NCBI GenBank assembly: GCA_951406725.2
Contig: OX597819.1
Location: 56,358,001-56,422,000, forward strand
Origin: Octopus vulgaris
Taxonomy: Eukaryota
DNA: 64,000 nt
Direction: 5' to 3'
The position numbers and the translations under genes were made by a program. Of the stretch, positions 55,125 through 64,000 are shown piece after piece; position 1 is the first letter of the stretch, and every line of letters begins with the position of its first letter. The notes under the pieces are model-generated. The model saw only the letters and a list, made by a program, of their open reading frames with translations. It made no database searches and had not been told where the DNA came from.

Positions 55125-55515
55125 TACTCTCTCTTTTACTCTTTTACTTGTTTCAGTCATTTGACTGCGGCCATGCTGGAGCAAGGCCTTTAGCCGAGAA
55201 AATCAACCCCAGTACTTATTCTTTGTAAGCCTAGTACTTATTCTATCGGTCTCTTCTGCCGAACCTCTAAGTTACGTGGACGTAAACACACCAGCGTCAG
55301 ATGTCAAGCGATGTTGGAGGGACAAACACAGACACACAATCATATACATACACATACATATATATATAGAGCTTCCATCTACCAAATCCACTCACATGGC
55401 TTTGGTTGGCCCGAGGCTATAGTAGAAGACATTTGCCCAAGGTGCCACACAGTGGGACTGATCCCAGAACCATGTGGTTGGTAAGTAAGCTACTTACCAC
55501 ACAGCCACTCCTGCG
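55125..55515 (-). mobile_element. SINE family A, near full length
   Basis: Ends cttaccacacagccactcctgcg, the reverse complement of the head. Confidence 0.88.
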
Positions 55516-56104
55516 TCGATGATAACATTAACATGCACTCAAAACTTAGTTGCATTTCAATACATTCCAGTATACTACATAATTTTCACAGATATAGCTA
55601 AAGACGTTAGGCGCCTTCGATTTTGATATACGGTCAAAAATTTGACTCACGAATTGAATAAAATTGTAAAGCAATTTTGTTTTAAATAACTCATCTGATT
55701 TATCCACAATAGCTATTTTTGCAGAAAGCATGTTAGACGCTGGACAAAAAAAAACCTATTTAATATGCCTAATATATACATTTGTTGGCTCACGTAAGAA
55801 TCTGTAAGAATTTTATATCTAGAGAATTTATTGGAAGCGAGTTTCTTACAGCTGCAGTATACAAACCGCCTGTCATAAAATGAAACTCAATTAGAACTGT
55901 ACTTATGATAAATGATAATGGTTGCAGACTTTTGCACAAATTCAGCAATTTTGTGGGAGGAGCAAGTTGATTTCATCAACCCCAGTACTCAACTGGTACT
56001 TATTTTTTATTGACCTCGAAAGGATGAAAAGGGTAAAAGGGCATGAGTGATGAAATGACTGAGTCCGTTTTCCGTTTGTTTGTTATGAATTTTCAAGTGT
56101 CGCG

Positions 56105-56615
<511 letters not shown>

Positions 56616-59033
56616 TTATACATAAGCAGACACGAACATGTATGTAAATATATATCTGCATTGTGAGAACGCATGCATATAATGGCTTGGGATATACGCA
56701 CGATACTCAATAACAATCTTTAATCTGAGACAGAAATTCTGGTGGATGAAAAAAAAGTCATTCATTGCACACCTAGCATGTGATATTTCCTCAATCGACG
56801 TCGATAAGTTCAAAACGTAAAGTCGAACAAATTTGGATTTGAGCATAAAAAAGCCACAACTAAGAAATGCTAGATATTTTGCCAGACGCTCTACTGATTT
56901 TACAAATCCACCGTTTTACAATGTATTATAATACATATAATAAATTTGTAATATAAATTTGAACGACATTGTCACAATTGTTTTATATTCAGTTATTTTA
57001 GAATCTCGATAAGCTGATAATTAATATGCTGGATTTCAGTTTAATTATAAATATTTCTAATAGTGCAATATGAGATTGAATTAACTGAAATTCGAAATTT
57101 CACCGGGAGTTTTACTCGCCTGGAATCTCGTTTCTACTGTGTGATGGTCACTACTGTCACACAGATGTTATGTAGATAGTTTTAAAAATCTGACAGAACA
57201 GCTTCTCAACTGAAAATTCTTGTTATTGTGACTCATATTAATATTCTGGTTATGTATCCGCGGATTTAGCAGTAACAGCAGCATTGTTGTTATTTTCTAT
57301 AAGGAAACATATTGCAAAACTATTTATAAGAATTCTGACGCCTCCATGAAACTAGAATCTCAATGATGGAAATTGTATCGCATTAAACGATAGCAGAAAC
57401 CATACTTACGTATGATAATAGAGATTAATATAGACACATAAATATTACGTAACGTTATTTATGAGACACCCTATATTACAATAATTGCTTTATTTTTCAA
57501 ATTCAGTCATATTATTAACGGCTGCCATCTGGCTAGATTAATATTGCCATGATATTTGTAAGGACAAGACTGGCCTAGATATCACATCTGTTTTCTATAC
57601 ATAACCAAAATGAAATGAAGCTAGCATAACAATATGTTTAATGCGAAATAAGCTTATATTTAGCTGAAATAACATTATCACTGCAATATCTTTATAAATT
57701 AGAAAAAAAACTTTATGAACAAAATGTCTGTTATCTTATTCAGTCACAAGACATCACATTTATGTAATATGTAATTATATAAAGGAAAAAAACACGTTGT
57801 ATTCGGTGATGTACATATTCAATAAATAGTTGACTAATAGCTAAATTAAATGAGTTCTGTAACCTTATGATTATTGAATATCGTTCTTTATTCTAATAAT
57901 AGACATTCCACAAATTATATTTCCGTTGATCAATGTACCAATAACAGATAAAGACTGTTGATCTGACCAGAATCTAGAAAATATTATTTCTTTCAAAATA
58001 AGCTGCAAGTCATCTAAGATACCAAATATTAATTGTTAATGAGATAAAATAAATTGATTTAATTAGCAAATATTTACAACTTAATGTTATAGTTACTTTC
58101 ATAATTACAATTTGTGAAGTTGTTTTACATGGGGTGGTTTGTATTTATTTTAACAAGTCGTAGATTGGCATTCCGCCATAGATGATCTAAGAAGCGAATA
58201 ATGAATACGCCAGATGCTTTGAGCAGATAATTAAATGAAATAGAAATGCCGAACAGTTTTGTTGTTTATAATATCGAAAACGAATGTTCTAAAGCGGATA
58301 TAATGAATGAACCAGACAGAGCAGTTGTTAAATAACAGATTTGCTCTTGTCAGCAATTTTGCGCTTAAACAGCAAATTTTGTGTCTAAAGTATTCATCTG
58401 TTTTATGTTTGAGAACAGTTTGCAAAATATAACATACATATTTTTCAGCTATAACAAACGCTATTGAATTGCATTCATATGAGCTTGATGGGAATAACAA
58501 CTACAACTGAAAAGAGAACTACTACACACACATACAAACAAAAGGATTCAAGTTACAAATATTAAAATAAAAAGTAAAGAAAAATTAAATTTTTTTCTCA
58601 TATACGCGTTAGAATAGAACATTAACATCAATGCCGTATTGTACTACCGAATAATTGTAAAGAATTTCAGCTGACAGTGTATGAACAAACATATGTTAAT
58701 GCTTTGTATATACGAAATATTATGTTTGTGAGGAGAGAAAGAAGGATCAGCCGGAATTTTCATCAGTGATTGAATTTCCTCTTTAAATGTCCATGAACAT
58801 TCTGCTTACAAATATAGCAAATAGGATAAACTAATTTGCATATAAAACGCACACTTTCCAGTTTGTGATATTCGTAAATTACTAAACAGTTAACAATTAT
58901 TTGTTTCAATGCTATATTATGCTTTTTCCATACATACATACACACATACATACATACATATAGACAGACAGAGAGACACACACACACATATATATATACA
59001 TGCATGTACATATAAATTTAGCCAACACCGAAT

Positions 59034-59132
<99 letters not shown>

Positions 59133-59175
59133 TAAGAAAGTTGGTATGTGAAAGCACGTGGTTGAATATATAGAA

Positions 59176-59730
59176 AATAGTAAAAAGTGAAAAAACTATA
59201 GAAGGCTTGTTTTAAAAGGTTAAAAAATATATATTTGAGTCAATATGTCTGAAGAATGTTATAAATTTTTTTCATACAATGATATAGTTTAGAAGAAATG
59301 ACCGGTTTCGCGTTCAGCTTTTCAAATTTCTTAACTCGTTATGTTTACGTTGAGCGGAGATCTAGATAATAAGTGATTTCTTCCAACACAAATTAGACTA
59401 AACAAGGAAACATTCTTCATTGAAAAATACAAGCCCAAACTTAACCATTCCAACATACTTATACAGAGAAACTCAATCCAAAAGAAAGGCAAATAATTTT
59501 AAGCGATTATCTCCCTTACACTGGAAGAAATCACTTATTATCTAGATATCCGCTCAACGTAAACATAATGATTTAAGAAATTTGAAAAGCTGAACGCGAA
59601 TCCGGTCATTTCTTCTAAACTATGTCATTGTATGAAAAAAATTTATAACATTCTTCAGACATATTGACTCAAATATATATATTTTTAACCTTTTAAAACA
59701 AGCCTTCTGGAGATTTTTCACTTTTTACTA

Positions 59731-59735
<5 letters not shown>
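59176..59735 (+). mobile_element. PLE 3' end with ~210-bp inverted pseudo-LTR arms, within (TA)n
   Basis: Arms 59176-59385 and 59522-59735 are near-perfect reverse complements. The spacer encodes TQIRLNKETFFIEKYKPKLN (GIY-YIG C-terminus). Confidence 0.85.
59293..59332 (-). ncRNA. Minimal type-I hammerhead fold, U3-A8 core
   Basis: AAGAAAU-UUGAAAA-GC(ugaac)GC-GAAA-CCGG-UC-AUUUCUU with a GUC triplet. The mirror copy at 59575-59614 (+) has GAAU instead of GAAA. Confidence 0.65.
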
Positions 59736-59816
<81 letters not shown>

Positions 59817-59829
59817 TGCATATATATAT

Positions 59830-60348
59830 GACCGCCCCATCTTCTCGGCCTGCAACTGCCCCACCGAGCCCATCTCCAGATATCTTGACCGTATCCTTGC
59901 CCTCCCCCTAGCGATTTCTCTCCCCTCTCACATCCATGACACCAACCATGCTCTTCGTTTGTTCAACACTGTCTCCTTCCCTCCTGGCCTCTCTAAACTT
60001 CTCTTCACTCTTGACATCAAGAGCCTATACACGGTGTTCCCTCACCATGAGGGGCTGCGTGCACTCCAGCATTTCCTTGACCTTCGATCCAACCCCAACC
60101 TGACGCATCCGCATACCTTCGTCTGGCCCAACTTGTCCTCTCACTTAACTGCATTTCGTTCGCGGTTTTTTTTACCAGCAAATTTCGGGAGTGACCATGG
60201 GAACGAGAATGGGCCCCAACTATGCAAAACTCTTCATTGGCTACGTTGAGGCCCAAGTATTTTCAAGTTTCACTGCTCCCACTCCCGAACTATATAGTCG
60301 TTATATTGACGACTGCATCGGTGCGACCTCACTCTCGCGCGAACACAC

Positions 60349-60350
<2 letters not shown>
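59830..60350 (+). mobile_element. Penelope-like reverse transcriptase core fragment
   Basis: RPIFSACNCPTEPISRYLD..DTNHALRLF..LFTLDIKSLYT..GVTMGTRMGPNYAKLF..YSRYIDDC, with frameshifts; bracketed by (TA)n. Confidence 0.9.
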
Positions 60351-60383
<33 letters not shown>

Positions 60384-60943
60384 CAAATAAGTAACAAGGA
60401 TGTCCAGGTACCAATGCATTACGGTCGTTTCATACGTGAAGAAATGTAAACCATATGTGTATATACAATATCTATGTTGAGAGAACAACAAGGACGAGCA
60501 AGACTATTTTAAAATCTCCATTGACGTTCTTCTGCTAAAACTACAATTAATAAATAGGATAGACCGCCTTGCATATACAGATATAATACGTTCTTAGCAA
60601 GTAGTTCGACTCATATTTCTGATGCATGAACAATGTGTTGATTCAATTTTATATTCTGTTCTCTATTCAGTTTAGTTGCGATCTTAGAAATAGTATGTAG
60701 ATAAAGATCTAACGAACATTTAATGTTGCTGCGTAACCGTTGATGAAAGCTCTGTTGAAGGATTGAAACTGCTTCCCCTGTTCCTTCTTGTTCTGTCCAC
60801 AAAAACATTGTGTATATTGAAAAGGTATGTACAATTTTCTACATTTTGGCTTAAAAATGTATTGATATATTCTGCGGAACAATATACTGTTATACTCTAG
60901 GTACAAAGCCCCAAATTTGTACAAAGCCCGAAATTGCTTTCCA

Positions 60944-61358
60944 CTGTGTGATAAGAAGCTTCCTTCTTAACCACATGATTCCAGGTTCAGTTGTTCTGTG
61001 TGGCACCTTCTGCTATGTTCTTGGGTTGACCAAAGCATTGTGAGTGGATTTGGTAGACGGAAACTGAAAGAAGCTCTTCGTGTATATTATATAAATATAT
61101 ATATATGTGTGTGTGTGTGTATGCTTGTTTGTGTGTGTGTGTGTATTTGTCCACCCCCCCACCCTCCATCAATTTACAACCGATGCTGATATCTATATGT
61201 CCCCGCATCGTAGCGGTTCGTCAAAATACACCGATAGAATAAGTACTAGACTTACAAAGAATAAGTCCTGTGGGCGATTTCTTCAACTTAAACCCTTTAT
61301 GGCGGTGCTCCAGCATGGGCGCAGTCAAATGACTGAAACAAGTAAAAGAATAAAAGAA
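60944..61358 (+). mobile_element. SINE family A
   Basis: ctgtgtgataagaagc..ccaggttcag..gtggatttggtagacggaaactgaaagaagc..gactgaaacaagtaaaagaataaaag. Confidence 0.82.
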
Positions 61359-64000
61359 TACAACCACCGTCGTATCGTTTACATGGTATCGGAATATCAC
61401 ACACGCTAACTACATACTCAAAACAGTTTGTGCACTATAGAAGTTTAACATTTTATAATAATCCTGTACAGGCACAAAAATACACAAAGGCAAAACAAAT
61501 AGAAATAAAAAAAGACGAATATTATGTCAGTTAATTAATATTCTGCATATATCTAAATTATACGGCAGATAAATTATTAACCCTATATATCAAAATAGTT
61601 TTGACCAAAATACATCCAAACCATAAATACACGTTTTACTTTTGTGAACAAACACCGACCTTGTTAAATCAAACAATATATTGCAGTAGTCATATACAAT
61701 TTGCTCTCAAGCCAATCATAAAGCCAGTCGCATAGAGCGTAAAATACAAAATAAGTGTATATACCAACTATTCGAATATATAAGCTCATCATATCCACAG
61801 CCAGACTAGTTCTATTAATTATATCATAAATACTACCTACGCCATAAATAAAAATTTCTCAAGCCTCGAACACTTAGCCGTATTAGTCAATAATATACAT
61901 TGCGCAAACGACTTTCTTTAAATTTAAATATTCTCTATGGGATATTGAGTCGTAATCCGCGGAGAAATGAATGAGGAGGAAAACGAGATATTTACGAGTT
62001 TACTGAAGAAAGTGTTTGAAACTAAGATATTTATTTGCTTTTTTGAAAGAATGAAAAAAAGCAAAAAGAAAAAAAGACGAAAATTTAAAGAAACAAAAAG
62101 CACTTATCAAAAAGATAAACTGGTAAAAGTAAAAGAAAAAAAGTAAGAAAGACTGGTTTAAAAACATCAAATAACAACAACAACTAATGTTAGCAAAATG
62201 TGTTAGGAAATTTAGTTGATAGTGTTTAGATCTCATTGATATATTTATGAGATGAAATACTTTCCTGGCGTTATTCTATAAATACTGCAGAAAGACGCTA
62301 TGACTTCTTATTTATAGTGAAGAAGTAACGATTGAGAAGAGAAGAAAAATCAATACGCGGGAACAGAGAGACGAACAATAAAACAATGGCAAATAAAAAC
62401 GAAGCGAAATAAAATGAAATATAAAACAAAGAGAAATTTTGAAGAATGACTTGAAAAATAGATTTGAAAACCTGATATTTTCAAAAGTTGCAAAATTTAA
62501 CTTTATGCTAATTTAATTTTATTTAGTTATCACAGAAGTTGGCAGGGTGTAAAAGTTCTCGGCATGTAGGCTGAGTCGATGATTAGGATTTTATTGAGTT
62601 TGGAACGAAGCCTTTAGTTAAAATATTAACAGCGTTTAGAAGTACGAGTGTCAAGAACTACCGTGACTCCAATTAAAGATACCTCCAAACACGTGCATTC
62701 TGACTCCCTGAAGGAATGTCACTCAGTCAAAGTAATCCCAAAATACAGGATGTTCACGCTTGGAATGCAAATGCTCATAACTGTACACTTAACAGGCCTA
62801 AACAATAGCAGTTGGAAGTAAATAAATGATTATGTTAGTTAGTTAATTTTTGGCTCAAAAGCAAATAGCAAGGCCATGTAGGGAGACATGGAATTAAGTA
62901 CAGGGTGGTGTTCATGTAAAGAATACATATATGTGCTAGTTGATAAAATATCTCAAGAAGAATTCGAATATTTTATTCTTGACTTGAAGAAAACAAATAA
63001 TCGATAAATAAAGAAAAACAAATAATCGATAGGAAATCAATCAAAAAAGGTTCAATTGGTAAGAACTGTTTCGGGATCGAAAAGTTATATGTTTTTTTTT
63101 TAAATGTTATATTTGATGTACTATATGCTAAGGTAAAATGTTTTATTCTATCTCTTACACAGAATCCTAGTGAAGTGAAGGAATTCAAAACTTGGCTTCT
63201 CCAAGTTGTTAGATTAAAAATAATAGAAGTAACATAGAAAAACGAAATAAAGAAAATTTAATCTGAAATGAAGGGATCGTACTCTTTTGAACTGGAGGAG
63301 GAAAAATATGAAACGGATTAAGTTTAGAAGACATGCACAACCGCGCTCAGTCCATCCCTGCAAATAAGGACTTGGTTGAAATAGGAAAAGGAAATACTAG
63401 CTAGATATTTAGAGATGGAATATAGATAGATAAAGAGAGATAGACAGATAAGCAGATATACAGATGATTTATAGGCAGGTTGACAGATAGATGGCAGATA
63501 GATAAGCAAAAAAAGAGAGAAGAATTAAAGATAAAAAAAGGATAGGAATATTGATGTTGCTTAATCCCAAACTAGTCCTTGTAGAGCAGAGCAATCATCA
63601 AAGATATTCCTGCCATGACTGTCCCCATCTATTCGTGTACCTAAGAACCCGTTGGCTGATCATGAGTTTAAGACGATAAAATATGGTTTGAAACAATTGA
63701 CTACATGACAGCGTAAAGATCGATGTCATGAGAGTTTTTCTGGTTTGTCCAGTAGCTCGTACGCAGTCCTGTGATTGTGAAAGAGGAACACTTTTAAATA
63801 GGTGTAGAGCAGTGTCAAATGCTTTTGCACAACTGAACTCATATGACTCACTGTCGACGGCCATAGACGATAATTCCATCGCTTATTATAGTGGCGGGGG
63901 TCAATCAGGTTTAAACCGACATTATATGAATAACAATATCTGCTGTCTAATCTTAATTTCCTTGATGGATCAAATTCTCATTATGCATTCAGTTTCCTTG

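Noticed and set aside
63598-63879. ORF with AKAFDT, resembling a CR1/L2 RT motif
   Set aside because: It is a single short motif with no other RT motifs visible.

Overview
This is a very AT-rich, microsatellite-saturated animal genomic window. The repeat families look like those of Octopus (inference from recall, not a database match). I cannot support any intact host protein-coding gene: nearly all listed ORFs are microsatellite artefacts or transposon debris. The content is several tRNA-derived SINE families, three mariner remnants, a hAT end, a pogo-like MITE, a non-autonomous Helitron, RTE and R4/Dong-like LINE fragments, many Penelope-like element (PLE) fragments, a ~4.6-kb tandem segmental duplication, and four to five co-oriented copies of an old ~1-kb unit that may be a decayed gene array. 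The main observation is a set of minimal type-I hammerhead-ribozyme folds read by eye. They have palindromic stem III and different catalytic cores: canonical C3-G8 (3470-3516), G3-C8 (39636-39686), U3-A8 (59293-59332) and a repeated A6U variant. Most sit in inverted-repeat PLE termini. One lies downstream of a tRNA-like Pol III head, suggesting a SINE/retrozyme-like element mobilised by PLEs. All alignments and folds were done by eye, and degraded-repeat boundaries are approximate.
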